This document shows, piece by piece, positions 10,512 through 20,006 of a stretch of DNA of 41,863 nucleotides; positions within the stretch are counted from its first letter, which is position 1; every line of letters begins with the position of its first letter. Below the pieces are notes generated by a model. It was not told where the DNA came from and made no database searches. It saw nothing but the letters and a program-made list of their open reading frames with translations. This DNA comes from a virus. Its lineage: Duplodnaviria; Caudoviricetes. Position numbers and translations under genes: made by a program. The stretch lies in IMG/VR virus record IMGVR_UViG_3300033076_000919, positions 1 to 41,863 of that record; one strand, given 5' to 3'.

Positions 10512-10565
10512 TGTTGACGTGGTGCGTGTTTTAGCTGTAAACGGAAAAGTCACGATTTACAATAC

Positions 10566-10669
10566 GCGGCTGTAGTTTAATCCGAACGGGGAAATCCCAA
10601 GTAGGGCATAATTTGCGGCAAAACACTGATTAAAAAGAGATTCTGGTTCGAACCCGGATGGCCGCGCCA
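10566..10669 (+). ncRNA. tRNA-like RNA (aberrant; no assignable anticodon)
   Basis: Acceptor GCGGCTG/TGGCCGC plus G-CCA, TA at positions 8-9, D-stem GTTT/AAAC, T-arm TCTGG-TTCGAAC-CCGGA. The D-loop is enlarged to ~40 nt and the anticodon arm is collapsed. Confidence 0.7.
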
Positions 10670-10710
10670 GTGAAAACAACACAGGGAGCGGGAACCCTTG
10701 AACCGCCAAT

Positions 10711-12081
10711 ATGAAGCCATACCTAGACCTAGCACAGCAGCTTGCCGACAAAGGCCAATTCACAGGCGCGGAAGTGCTTTGGAAATACTGCCTAGCGCAA
10801 GGGCACGAAAGCCCGAAGGTTGTTTTCAACGTGGGGCGAATGGTGCAAGCACAGGCAACGACTTCATGTAGGAAAGCAGAGGCGGCGGGATGGTATGAGC
10901 GGCTAATTTGCGACCCGTCCGCAAGTCTGGAAGACAAGTCCGACGCATTGCAGAATTTGGGATGCCTGATGCACCAAAGCTTGCGACCTGACAAGGCGTG
11001 CATCGCCTTCAACCTTGCCTTGCAGATCGACCCTGAAAACGAGGTTGCGCGCCGGAACCTAGCCGTTGCGCTGGAACAGTGCGGACGATGGGAAGAATGC
11101 GACGCCGAGTATGTCGCCATTCTGAAAAAGGATTGGAACGACGCGGGAGCGCATTTCAGCCGGGGAATGATTGCGCTCTTGCTGGGTGACTACATGCGCG
11201 GGTGGGCTGAATACGAGTGGAGGTTTAAGGTTGATACATTCCCAACCAAGCCTTTCGAGACGCAGGCGCAATGTTGGCACGGCGAGGATTTGGACGGGAA
11301 GACGATCACAATCACACATGAGCAAGGGTTCGGAGACTGCATTATGGGGATTCGCTACGCCCGCGAGATAAAGCGGAGATGGCCCAATGCAACGGTCTGG
11401 TGGTACGGGCACAGCGCGCTTAGGCAGTTGATGAAATGTGCAGACGGCGTTGATGAGGCGTTCGACGCTGCCGACGAACAGGGGCGTATGTTGCGCGGCG
11501 AGACGCCTATTCCCTACCACTTCCACTGCCCCGTTTTGAGCCTCCCTCACCGCTTCGTGACAACGCCGGACACGGTGCCAGCGGGGCGCTATATCGCCGT
11601 CCCAAACGACCGCATTACACTTGGCGACAACTCCAAAAAACGTATCGGCATCGTGTGGGCAGGCTCCCCGCGCCACGGAAAGGACGCTTGGCGCTCGATT
11701 CCGCCTGAGTCCTTTCAGCCCATCGTTGACGCACACCCAGATTGCCAGTTCTACAGCCTGCAAGTGGGGCCGAGACAGCATGAGGTCTTGCGACTCAATC
11801 GCGTCGTGTATGCGGCGGCAGAGATTGTGAGGATCGGCGATTGGACGGCTACGGCGGAAGTCCTGCAACAACTCGACCTTCTAATCTCCGTGGATACCGC
11901 GTGTGTTCACCTCGCGGGCGCGATGGGGGTTCCAGTCTGGATGCTTTGCCCATCATCGCCGGACTTCCGATGGGGGCTGAGTGGCGAGACAACGCCGTGG
12001 TATGATTCCATGCGCATTTTTCGCCAGCCCAAGGAGGGCGATTGGCAGAGTGTGCTAAACCGCGTGAATGAATCCCTATGA
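10711..12081 (+). CDS. TPR-repeat glycosyltransferase (GT9-like)
   Basis: N-terminal TPRs; GW.EYEWR, W.GEDL.GK, EQGFGD, SLP..F, IGIVWAGSP.H, LDLLISVDT..VHLAGAMG.P and RW...TPWY.SMRIFRQ. Confidence 0.92.
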   Translation: MKPYLDLAQQLADKGQFTGAEVLWKYCLAQGHESPKVVFNVGRMVQAQATTSCRKAEAAGWYERLICDPSASLEDKSDALQNLGCLMHQSLRPDKACIAFNLALQIDPENEVARRNLAVALEQCGRWEECDAEYVAILKKDWNDAGAHFSRGMIALLLGDYMRGWAEYEWRFKVDTFPTKPFETQAQCWHGEDLDGKTITITHEQGFGDCIMGIRYAREIKRRWPNATVWWYGHSALRQLMKCADGVDEAFDAADEQGRMLRGETPIPYHFHCPVLSLPHRFVTTPDTVPAGRYIAVPNDRITLGDNSKKRIGIVWAGSPRHGKDAWRSIPPESFQPIVDAHPDCQFYSLQVGPRQHEVLRLNRVVYAAAEIVRIGDWTATAEVLQQLDLLISVDTACVHLAGAMGVPVWMLCPSSPDFRWGLSGETTPWYDSMRIFRQPKEGDWQSVLNRVNESL

Positions 12082-12278
12082 AAACCGAACTTACCAATGA
12101 ACAAAAAGTAGAACCACTCTCCACAGTTGAGGACGTGATGGAAATTCTCAGGCTTAAAAGAGGCGCAGTTTACCGCCTAGTTTCTGAATGCGGAATGCCT
12201 GCTATCAGGATCAACCGCCGCGTTCTCCGCTTTCGCATGGAAGACGTGAAAGCATGGTTCACGGCACGTTCTGTATGA
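12078..12278 (+). CDS. Excisionase/AlpA-like HTH DNA-binding protein
   Basis: TVEDV..IL...R.AVYRLV...GMPAIRI.R..LRF...DV..W. Confidence 0.8.
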   Translation: MKTELTNEQKVEPLSTVEDVMEILRLKRGAVYRLVSECGMPAIRINRRVLRFRMEDVKAWFTARSV

Positions 12279-12877
12279 ACTACTCCCGAATCTCAAACTT
12301 CATCGCCCATTGCGCCTCGACGGTCTACGCCGAACCGCGCAGCCAAGGACACGACGCAATAACCGCGCAGATGTTCCCGGCGTTCTCTGCAAAGCTGATG
12401 CCGCACTCCACGGTGTTGGATGTAGGCTGCGGCAAAGGGCCAGCCCTCGACCTGTTCAGGGATGCAGGGCACCGAGCTATCGGAATCACGGCATCTCCCG
12501 AGGACGTAGCGGACTGCGTAGCAGCTGGGCACGATTGCAGGCAGATGGATCAACACGGGATGCCGAAGGAGTGGACAGGGTTCTTTAACGCCGTGTGGGC
12601 TCGCCATATCGCGGAGCACTCCCCTATCCCGCTGTTTGCCTTGAAGGAATACGCCAGGGTGATGAAGCCGGGAGGACTGCTTTATTTGGAAGTCCCATCG
12701 CCTGACACCGTGGCGAACCATCCCGCAAACCCGAACCACTACAGCGTTTTCACCGCGCCCGCGTGGGCGTGCCTGCTCGACAAGGCAGGCTTTGAGGTCA
12801 CAGACTGCACAACCATCAACATCCAACTCGGAATCGGCCCTGATGCCTATTTCGCGTTTACCTGCCCGAAACTATGA
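12275..12877 (+). CDS. Class I SAM-dependent methyltransferase
   Basis: VLDVGCGKG motif I, H..EH..P, RVMKPGGLLYLEVP. ATG 12275 overlaps the previous stop. Confidence 0.9.
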   Translation: MNYSRISNFIAHCASTVYAEPRSQGHDAITAQMFPAFSAKLMPHSTVLDVGCGKGPALDLFRDAGHRAIGITASPEDVADCVAAGHDCRQMDQHGMPKEWTGFFNAVWARHIAEHSPIPLFALKEYARVMKPGGLLYLEVPSPDTVANHPANPNHYSVFTAPAWACLLDKAGFEVTDCTTINIQLGIGPDAYFAFTCPKL

Positions 12878-13092
12878 ACCGAACACTAAATCTACATTGG
12901 GACAACTACAAAGAAGCGCCAGAATGGGCAAAACGGCCAAGTCGTGAGAATCTCTCATCTCCGCTGACAGACGGAAGCACTCGCTATGATTTTGCTGGAT
13001 ATGCTTATGTTGAAGAGTCCATTAGAAATTCATCGAGCATGCATGACACATTGGATGTTACCCTTACCGTGACCCGCGAAGACATCCTATGA
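12874..13092 (+). CDS. Hypothetical protein
   Basis: ATGA overlaps at both ends within the operon. Confidence 0.55.
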   Translation: MNRTLNLHWDNYKEAPEWAKRPSRENLSSPLTDGSTRYDFAGYAYVEESIRNSSSMHDTLDVTLTVTREDIL

Positions 13093-14150
13093 CCCTCTAC
13101 TATCCCGGCCAAAAGGAAGGCCCGTTCGGATGGGCGACGTGTAATCGCCATCTGTCCGCAGCCCTCGCGAATCACTTCACACTCACGCAAGACCCGTGCG
13201 CAGACGTGGGCTTCTACCCCATTGCAGACCATGAATTTAATCCGTGCGAGGAAATGCGCGCATCGGTGAAGATTGGCTATGCTTTTTTCGAGTTCCCGCT
13301 AGGCGCAAAGGTCGCAGATAACGCCAAACGCTACGACCTCATTTTCGTTGGTTCGACATGGTGCCAGCAAAAGCTTGCAGAGCGCGGGATTGCCTCGCAT
13401 GTGCTTATTCAGGGCGTGGAGTATGGGACGTTCAAGCCAGCGCCATGCTTGTTTAAGGATGAGATCGACGCCACTATTGAGGATGAACCATTTGAATTTA
13501 TGAATCCGCAGTTCCGCGTATTCAGCGGCGGAAAGTTTGAATGGCGCAAGGGGCAAGATTTGGTCATCCGCGCTTTCGCTGAGTTTGCGAAGGAAGTGCC
13601 GGAAGCGCATTTGGTGACGGCTTGGTTTAACCCGTGGCCTTTCTTGGTGCGCTCTATGGTTCCCGCTGGGCTCAGGTTTCCGCATGGCGACCTGAACATC
13701 ATCGACATTACAGCGGCGAATCAATGCGCGCTGTTTGATCTGCTTCTAACTCAAAACGGCATCCCTCACGACCGTTGCACCGTTCTCCCACAACTCACGC
13801 ATTCGCAGCTTGCGCAGGAAATGCGCTCAACGGACGTGGGGCTATTCCCGAACCGCTGCGAAGGGGGCACAAACCTCGTTCTGATGGAATACGCGGCATG
13901 TGGTAGAAAAGTAGTCGCAAACGCTAAGACGGGGCACCGGGACATTGCTGCGGCTATCGATTACGTCATAGAGTGCAATGAGGACGAGAACGGATGGGCG
14001 TTCCAGACCGTTCCCAAGGTGCTCGATGCTCTGCGGCTCGCATACCAGAACCGCCACAGCCCGCGCTTTGCGGATTCGCCGCGCTGGACTTGGGCGGATG
14101 CCGCTGAAAAGGTTGCAATGGCTATCTCCGAAAGGTATGTAAAGGCATGA
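13089..14150 (+). CDS. Glycosyltransferase (GT-B, GT4-like)
   Basis: GKFEWRKGQD..IRAF and FP.RCEG...VLMEY.ACG..V (EX7E motif). Confidence 0.9.
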   Translation: MTLYYPGQKEGPFGWATCNRHLSAALANHFTLTQDPCADVGFYPIADHEFNPCEEMRASVKIGYAFFEFPLGAKVADNAKRYDLIFVGSTWCQQKLAERGIASHVLIQGVEYGTFKPAPCLFKDEIDATIEDEPFEFMNPQFRVFSGGKFEWRKGQDLVIRAFAEFAKEVPEAHLVTAWFNPWPFLVRSMVPAGLRFPHGDLNIIDITAANQCALFDLLLTQNGIPHDRCTVLPQLTHSQLAQEMRSTDVGLFPNRCEGGTNLVLMEYAACGRKVVANAKTGHRDIAAAIDYVIECNEDENGWAFQTVPKVLDALRLAYQNRHSPRFADSPRWTWADAAEKVAMAISERYVKA

Positions 14151-14476
14151 GCGAAATCACCGCCGCATTTGCTGAACTGCTGGACGCCCAAGAGGACGCC
14201 ACGGGAAAGCGCCCCGCGATAACCATCGGCTCCGATGCAGTGGAGTGCATCCTTGGCAGTGATGCACAAGACCCTGCTTTCTACGGCGGCGGCGTGGCGT
14301 CATCGGGACAGCTTACTTGCCAGACGCTTTACAGCGCGTGGACTACGCTCCCAGCAAAGGGAGATTCGGCGGTTATCAGCGAGACGCCAAGCGGCGACAA
14401 CATCACGATCCAAGTCCTTTTCACCACGGAACGGCACGGAATCCTTTACATCGAATTGGGCGACAACTCCGCATAG
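14147..14476 (+). CDS. Head-tail connector / head closure protein (gpFII-like)
   Basis: Position, size and P.KGD...I beta-rich pattern. Confidence 0.55.
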   Translation: MSEITAAFAELLDAQEDATGKRPAITIGSDAVECILGSDAQDPAFYGGGVASSGQLTCQTLYSAWTTLPAKGDSAVISETPSGDNITIQVLFTTERHGILYIELGDNSA

Positions 14477-14477
14477 T

Positions 14478-14924
14478 ATGGCAGACCCGAACCAAGAGAA
14501 GATTGAGGCAATCATCATTGCGCTATTGCAGACGCAAGCGCCCTTTACGAACTCGTCAACCGCTCCCGTGGTGGCATGGGATGCCGACGCTTCCACTATC
14601 GGCAAAAAGGATCGCGTCATTGTGCAGTGCGAAGAACCAGTTCCCGAGGTGCCAGCGCGCAACCCTTCCGTTGCGGCTCCAGTGAATCGGGCCACAGTCA
14701 ACATTTACACCCGTTTTACCACAAACTCAGCCGACACGCTCAATACCTGGGTGGCAGCGGTGGACGCGGCCCTTGCAACCGCCCCGGCTGGCGTCGTGAC
14801 GTTGGCAACTGCCAGCTACCCGAACGGGTTCACAATCGACACAGTGACAGAGGGAAACCGTCAGCAAGACGGCGTTGAACAGCGGGAACGAATCAAAACG
14901 TTCAGCGTGGTCTATCGCAACTGA
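14478..14924 (+). CDS. Tail completion/terminator-like protein
   Basis: Start at MADPNQ; lies just before the tail tube gene. Confidence 0.5.
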   Translation: MADPNQEKIEAIIIALLQTQAPFTNSSTAPVVAWDADASTIGKKDRVIVQCEEPVPEVPARNPSVAAPVNRATVNIYTRFTTNSADTLNTWVAAVDAALATAPAGVVTLATASYPNGFTIDTVTEGNRQQDGVEQRERIKTFSVVYRN

Positions 14925-14973
14925 CTTGCATTTACCCTTGACTACATAAAGAGGACGTAGGACAAGGGAAGGC

Positions 14974-15342
14974 ATGGCAACCCTTGTTAATCTTTCTGGA
15001 TTTCAGCGCGGTGTTGAAGCCGATGAAACGGGCATCAACATTGATACCTACGAGGTTGTTTCCCGCCCTGAGTTTCGAGACGACCTGCCGGACAAGTCTG
15101 GAGAAGTGAGGGGATTTGCAGTTGGGCAAACCATGTCGGAAATCACGATTACGGGCGAGGTAAGCGGGGGTACTGGAATCATGGCCGTGGTTTCCTCAAC
15201 CGCTGCAACTATCGCAAACGATGTGAACCAGTTCGGGCAGACGGTCGGCGGTTCGTATGCAGTCGAATTTACGCAGTCTCAGAGCCGCGACGGGTTCCGC
15301 AGGGTCAACGTCCGGTTCCAACGCTACGCTGGCGTGACGTAG
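14974..15342 (+). CDS. Putative major tail tube protein
   Basis: Small beta-rich acidic protein upstream of the tail chaperones, with its own promoter-like element. Confidence 0.55.
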   Translation: MATLVNLSGFQRGVEADETGINIDTYEVVSRPEFRDDLPDKSGEVRGFAVGQTMSEITITGEVSGGTGIMAVVSSTAATIANDVNQFGQTVGGSYAVEFTQSQSRDGFRRVNVRFQRYAGVT

Positions 15343-15367
15343 AACAGCGCCCAAAACCAATAAACCA

Positions 15368-15832
15368 ATGTCTGAAATCAATCCGTTGGCGATATTCGCC
15401 ACGAACAACTTCGCGCTTGCCGTGGTCTTGTCCACTGTGGGCGTTCCTTGGGCCGATGAAGGGCATCGGTGCAGCAACGAATACAGCGCGGAAGACCTGC
15501 AAAAAGCTGGGCTCACAGCGGAGCAAGCGGTTGCGAACGGTTCACCCGGTCAGGTTCAATGGTTTTTCCAGCGCACGGACGAGCTTTCCAGCATACTTTC
15601 CGACTTTGATGCCATATGGAAAAGCAAGCCAGGGGATGATTTGAACGTTCCTGCCACGTCACAGAGGGATGCAGCCAAGATCGTCACAATGGCCCTAAAA
15701 AACCGCAAGACGCTGGTGAACGACTGGAAGGTGCCAGCGCCACGGGTGGCAATCAAACGGGGAAGCAATGGAGAGAAAACGGTCATTACGAAGAACACCC
15801 CGCCCGCAGTCAGAAAGGCACTTGGACTATGA
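15368..15832 (+). CDS. Hypothetical tail-module protein
   Basis: Operon position; AC-rich initiation region. Confidence 0.55.
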   Translation: MSEINPLAIFATNNFALAVVLSTVGVPWADEGHRCSNEYSAEDLQKAGLTAEQAVANGSPGQVQWFFQRTDELSSILSDFDAIWKSKPGDDLNVPATSQRDAAKIVTMALKNRKTLVNDWKVPAPRVAIKRGSNGEKTVITKNTPPAVRKALGL

Positions 15833-16221
15833 TTGACGAAGAAGAAATCAAACCGCTTGCGCCATCGGTAAACACGGGCGAACTCGGGCGCATCTTCACA
15901 TTCAACGGGAAGACGCTTAACCCGATGTCGTGGCATCACACGTTCGCCTATTGGCGGATTGCATCCGATAAGATGTCAGCCCTTGAAAGCGCCTGCATCC
16001 TTGTTTGGCTGCTCCAGAGGGACGGGAAAGCTGCAAACGCCATACGGGGCGATGAGGCAGAGGAAAAGGCGCGCATGGAGGCTATCGAGTGGGCTTCCAA
16101 GGCTGGACTTGGGCGCGGAGACTTCAACGAGCGCATCCTTGCAGTCGCGAAGGAGATCAACGAAGACCGCGAGCAAGCCGAAAGCGTAGAACCTGCCGGG
16201 GGCGTATCGGGAAACGGATAG
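15829..16221 (+). CDS. Tail assembly chaperone (gpG-like)
   Basis: Ends ...VSGNG with slippery heptamer G GGA AAC at 16209-16215. Confidence 0.7.
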   Translation: MIDEEEIKPLAPSVNTGELGRIFTFNGKTLNPMSWHHTFAYWRIASDKMSALESACILVWLLQRDGKAANAIRGDEAEEKARMEAIEWASKAGLGRGDFNERILAVAKEINEDREQAESVEPAGGVSGNG

Positions 16222-16424
16222 GGCCGGGAAGTGGCACGGCTTACGTTGCGCGCATCTCGGCACTTCTCCACGGCTCTTTGACGCCCTCGCAGATATTGGG
16301 CGAACTCAGCTTTGCGGACGGAACGCGGTTCTTGAATCAGCATTGGCTCGAAATGGAACGTGAGCACACGCTAAAGCCCGCAGTCAAAGCCGCGCAGATT
16401 GACACAGCATCGTTGTTCTCGTAA
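16209..16424 (+). CDS. -1 frameshift extension of the tail chaperone (gpGT-like)
   Basis: The -1 frame (ORF 16089..16424) stays open to 16424 after the GGGAAAC heptamer and has no good independent start. Confidence 0.7.
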   Translation, partial: GKRIGPGSGTAYVARISALLHGSLTPSQILGELSFADGTRFLNQHWLEMEREHTLKPAVKAAQIDTASLFS

Positions 16425-16432
16425 TTGGAGGC

Positions 16433-17062
16433 ATGGCCACGAAGCTGGAAACCAGTCTATCCGGATTCAACCGCGCATTGCATCGAATTTCAGCGGTGAG
16501 CAATAAAACTTTCGAGGAGGAGCTAAACCGAAACATGTTGAAGCTGTGCATTGGCGCGAAAGGGGTGAAAGGACTCGTTCAGCTTACGAAGAAAGCCACA
16601 GAGGACGGCATTCGCGCAGACCTTGCCAGACCGTACAGAGGCGGGCGTCCGCTGTCTCATTTGCTCGCAGTGCAATCGCTCAAAAGGCGAGGGCAACAAA
16701 TCACAACAGCAGCCATTGCGCAGGAGGAAAACAAGATCATCCAAAGGCGCGTCGGGACTCGCGCATACATGGCGGCGAGTTGGCTGTTCTCCGCTCTCAG
16801 CCTCGCCCCGCATGTCAAAGGCGCAAAGCTCACCCGCATGGACAGCATCCCGCAGAAGCCGGGAGGTAGCGCTGCAAAAGCGGACGCGCAGGCAGCTACA
16901 AAAAGCCGTTTGAAATGCACCGTTTTTAACACAGCGGAAGGCGCGGCCCTTGTCGGCAGTCCAGCCGTTCCGCGTGCGCTGAATCAGGTTCGGAGGGACA
17001 TGGAGAAGTACACGGCGCGGAAGATGGGCGAGGCTTACGCCAAGAGCAAGGCGACTAGCTAA
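16433..17062 (+). CDS. Basic neck/tail-completion protein (HK97 gp10-like position)
   Basis: Basic 209-aa protein in the tail module; function inferred from context. Confidence 0.45.
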   Translation: MATKLETSLSGFNRALHRISAVSNKTFEEELNRNMLKLCIGAKGVKGLVQLTKKATEDGIRADLARPYRGGRPLSHLLAVQSLKRRGQQITTAAIAQEENKIIQRRVGTRAYMAASWLFSALSLAPHVKGAKLTRMDSIPQKPGGSAAKADAQAATKSRLKCTVFNTAEGAALVGSPAVPRALNQVRRDMEKYTARKMGEAYAKSKATS

Positions 17063-17114
17063 ACGCATTTGACTTGCAGTAAGGCGTTGGGTATGACTGC
17101 CGAAACCAAACCCA

Positions 17115-18140
17115 ATGGCCGCACAATACGACATTTCGATTACAGCCGGAATTGATCCCGCTGGCGTAAAGCGCGGGACAAAGGAGATGGAGCGCGACAC
17201 GAAAGCGTTTGCGCGTGGGGCAGAGATGGAGTTTCGGAAGGTAGAGAAGTCGCAAGCGCGGCTAATGAATCAGGCGCAACGGGGAGGCCGTGGAGGCAAA
17301 GGCGGGTTTGCGCTTGGGCAAGCCGCCATGCAGATTCAGGATATTTCCGTGCAGGCACAGGCGGGCGCACGGGCGACAACGATTATTGCGCAGCAGGGCT
17401 CACAAATTGCGTCCGCATTTGGCCCCATTGGTATGCTTGTCGGTGCCGTGATTGCGCTGGGTGCTGCCCTCTACGATGTCGCCAGCGGAGCGCAAGAGGC
17501 AGAGGCTAAGGCTTCGCGGCTTCGTGACACCCTGCAAAAGATGATGGCGGCAAACGTTGGCGTTGTCGGTTCAGAGGTTGCAGACGATCAGGCTATTGCG
17601 GTTCTCAACGAGGAAATCAAGAGAGGCAAAGAAGCAGCACAGAATTTAGAACGGCGAATTGCACTGGAAAACAAGCTTCGTGACATCCGCAATTCCGGCG
17701 CATCCCCTGGAGTGAAAGAGGCTGCGATGAACTCGGCGCAAGACCGCTTTGATGCCGAGGAGCGGTTGAGGCAGAAGCAGCGTGACCGTGAACGGCGCAC
17801 ACTAGAAGTCGAGACAGCAGGCAAGCGCATTCTTGATAGAGCTAACGAATACCTTACGCCTGCATCCGAACGTAGCGCAGCACGCAGCCAAGAAAGGCGT
17901 GAGCGCAGAGCGATTCGCAGAGCAGCGGAAAGCGAGGTAAACGCCATTGACGCCGACAAGCGCAGGCAGGCTCCGTTTGGGCGCACGTCTGGCCTTACTC
18001 GCAGAGAGCGCCAAGATATGATTGACGCTCGCGTAAAAGCAGCGGAGATCAAAAAAAACGGGTTGGAGAACGTCGCCAAGATTGAACAAAAAAGCATAGA
18101 CGACCTTGTTGAAGCAATCGGGAAACTCCTCACAAAATGA
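17115..18140 (+). CDS. Tape measure protein (short)
   Basis: Lambda-type TMP motif QIQDISVQ..G.....IIAQQGSQI...FGP.G followed by Ala-rich coiled coil. Confidence 0.85.
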   Translation: MAAQYDISITAGIDPAGVKRGTKEMERDTKAFARGAEMEFRKVEKSQARLMNQAQRGGRGGKGGFALGQAAMQIQDISVQAQAGARATTIIAQQGSQIASAFGPIGMLVGAVIALGAALYDVASGAQEAEAKASRLRDTLQKMMAANVGVVGSEVADDQAIAVLNEEIKRGKEAAQNLERRIALENKLRDIRNSGASPGVKEAAMNSAQDRFDAEERLRQKQRDRERRTLEVETAGKRILDRANEYLTPASERSAARSQERRERRAIRRAAESEVNAIDADKRRQAPFGRTSGLTRRERQDMIDARVKAAEIKKNGLENVAKIEQKSIDDLVEAIGKLLTK

Positions 18141-18913
18141 GTATTACTTACGTTGGCGATTGCAGTTTTAAGGAGATGCCGCAAAGCGGTTCGATTGAGA
18201 TTGACCCTTGGGGGATGGACAAGCTCACCCGCGTCTGGAGTGGGAAGAACTCCGACCTTGATACATTTCTTGACAACATCGGACAGGGCGGAATTGAGGT
18301 TGTCTACAGTCAGAATCCCGTTGCGGGCGTCACAGCGATTCTCGACCGTAGCCGCACAATCGCGGACAGCCTTTACCCTCAAATGTTTGCCGTGTCGTTC
18401 TCAATCGACATTGCGCGAGCGTTTGCAGTGGTCACTGCTAACTATCGGGGCGTCTCTACCGGGAAGCTTCCGCCCCCCGTGCCGAGCTTTGGCTATCGCA
18501 CTCAAAGCGTGACGCTGGAATACGGCATAGACGGGAGCGGCATCACCGCCACGTTTCAATACAACGCCCCGTATTCAACATATACCTACGTGACGCGCAA
18601 GCAACCTCGCAAGGCGATCTACAAGTCCAAGCTGGAATACCTGCAAGACAGTATCCAAATCGTGAGCCGCACAGGAGCGGGAGGCGTCGTTAAATACTTC
18701 GTAGGGCCGTCCGTGACGAACAAGAGCGGCAACACGCAGAACATCAACAACGGCGGCACGGCGGGGCATTACAACGCCGTGGTGGAGGTCATTGGAACGC
18801 TAGATGCGCAACCGGATGGGCAATGGTGGAACGTGGTCGAGACTAACGAGATGATTCTTACGCCATTGAACCTTTCAAATGACGGCTGGGCCTATCAACT
18901 CGGACTTGCATGA
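18137..18913 (+). CDS. Tail tip/hub-region protein
   Basis: Directly after the TMP; beta-rich. Confidence 0.5.
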   Translation: MSITYVGDCSFKEMPQSGSIEIDPWGMDKLTRVWSGKNSDLDTFLDNIGQGGIEVVYSQNPVAGVTAILDRSRTIADSLYPQMFAVSFSIDIARAFAVVTANYRGVSTGKLPPPVPSFGYRTQSVTLEYGIDGSGITATFQYNAPYSTYTYVTRKQPRKAIYKSKLEYLQDSIQIVSRTGAGGVVKYFVGPSVTNKSGNTQNINNGGTAGHYNAVVEVIGTLDAQPDGQWWNVVETNEMILTPLNLSNDGWAYQLGLA

Positions 18914-19158
18914 ACCCATTTTTCACAAACACTGGTAAGGTAAAGGCAATCAAGCAGTTTGTCGGCGGGAATGAAAAGCAGCGCACGCACTTAAACGAGG
19001 TAGTTGACGCTGTTAACACTGTCACGAAAGAGGCGCAAAAGACCAAAGCGGCAGACGCCGTGCTTGCTAATCTCGAAAACATGAAACCAGTCCTTGTTTA
19101 CCTCGTCGCCAACGGTGCGCCCGCGCTTGTCAAAATCCCGATGGAGATTCAGGCATGA
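18910..19158 (+). CDS. Hypothetical tail-module protein
   Basis: ATGA overlaps at both ends. Confidence 0.55.
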   Translation: MNPFFTNTGKVKAIKQFVGGNEKQRTHLNEVVDAVNTVTKEAQKTKAADAVLANLENMKPVLVYLVANGAPALVKIPMEIQA

Positions 19159-19967
19159 GGGTTTGGGCGCTCTACAGTAATTCGATAGAGACGCCGCTTT
19201 CCTTGATTCAGCCGCCGCGTTCGCTTGTGGCATGGACAGGCGAGCGAAGCACGACGCAAGCCGAGGTTCCCCAGGGCTACCCGATTCTGATGACTGATTT
19301 GCAGTTCACGGAATGGTTGTATCGATTCAAGGTTCACGATTTCGACATCGCTTACGAGCTTTCCGGCGTCCATCCTACTTCTGGAGATACCTACACTATT
19401 TCGGGGGCCGCGTCTGCAACTGTAGCGTCGGCGCAATCTGCTTTCGAAGAGTCTGAGCTAATCGAGGACTACAGCCTAACCGGGGGCGCGCAAGGCGGTT
19501 TCTCCGGCTCAATCTCAGGCACTCAGACGACTACTTTCGGAACATCCTCTGAAACTGCGACATTGAACGGAACCCTTACGTTGCAAGTCGCGTTTGGGCG
19601 CTACACGCTGCCAACTCCGACACTGGTTGTTCCATACTACTACCGCACAGACTTGGATCAGTGGCTTCCCTCGCTCAACGTGGCATCGGCATTTGGCGGC
19701 TCTGGTATTTTCAACCTGTCCTTTTCTGCTATTCCTTCGCCTGTTCCCGGCGTTGGCGAAAAGATTGTGCCAGTGACAATCACGGTAAACGGCGAATCAA
19801 CAACCGCGCAGGCGCTCATTCTGGACTGGCTCAACTTCACATCGTTTTCCGCGTCCATCACGCCGAATACATGGTGGGAGTATCGAGACGCAAACGGCGC
19901 AAACCCGATTTGGAACAGCATTGACGGGGCGAAGCTGCTCCCCAATACGCTGCCGATGGGGAGCTAG
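19155..19967 (+). CDS. Putative tail tip structural protein
   Basis: S/T/G-rich last gene of the tail operon; C-terminal WWEYRDANG..PIWNS.DG. Confidence 0.5.
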   Translation: MRVWALYSNSIETPLSLIQPPRSLVAWTGERSTTQAEVPQGYPILMTDLQFTEWLYRFKVHDFDIAYELSGVHPTSGDTYTISGAASATVASAQSAFEESELIEDYSLTGGAQGGFSGSISGTQTTTFGTSSETATLNGTLTLQVAFGRYTLPTPTLVVPYYYRTDLDQWLPSLNVASAFGGSGIFNLSFSAIPSPVPGVGEKIVPVTITVNGESTTAQALILDWLNFTSFSASITPNTWWEYRDANGANPIWNSIDGAKLLPNTLPMGS

Positions 19968-19972
19968 ACAGC

Positions 19973-20006
19973 AAAAACCCCGGCGCTGTGCAAACAACGC
20001 CGGGGT
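19973..20006 (-). terminator. Intrinsic terminator of the - strand ncRNA transcript (possibly bidirectional)
   Basis: - strand ACCCCGGCGTTG-loop-CAGCGCCGGGGT followed by a T tract. Confidence 0.8.

Noticed and set aside
10566-10669. Calling a canonical tRNA with an isotype
   Set aside because: No 5-bp/7-nt anticodon arm can be built, so it is kept as tRNA-like only.
12078-12278. Integration/excision module
   Set aside because: An Xis-like HTH is present but no integrase or att-like repeat was found.
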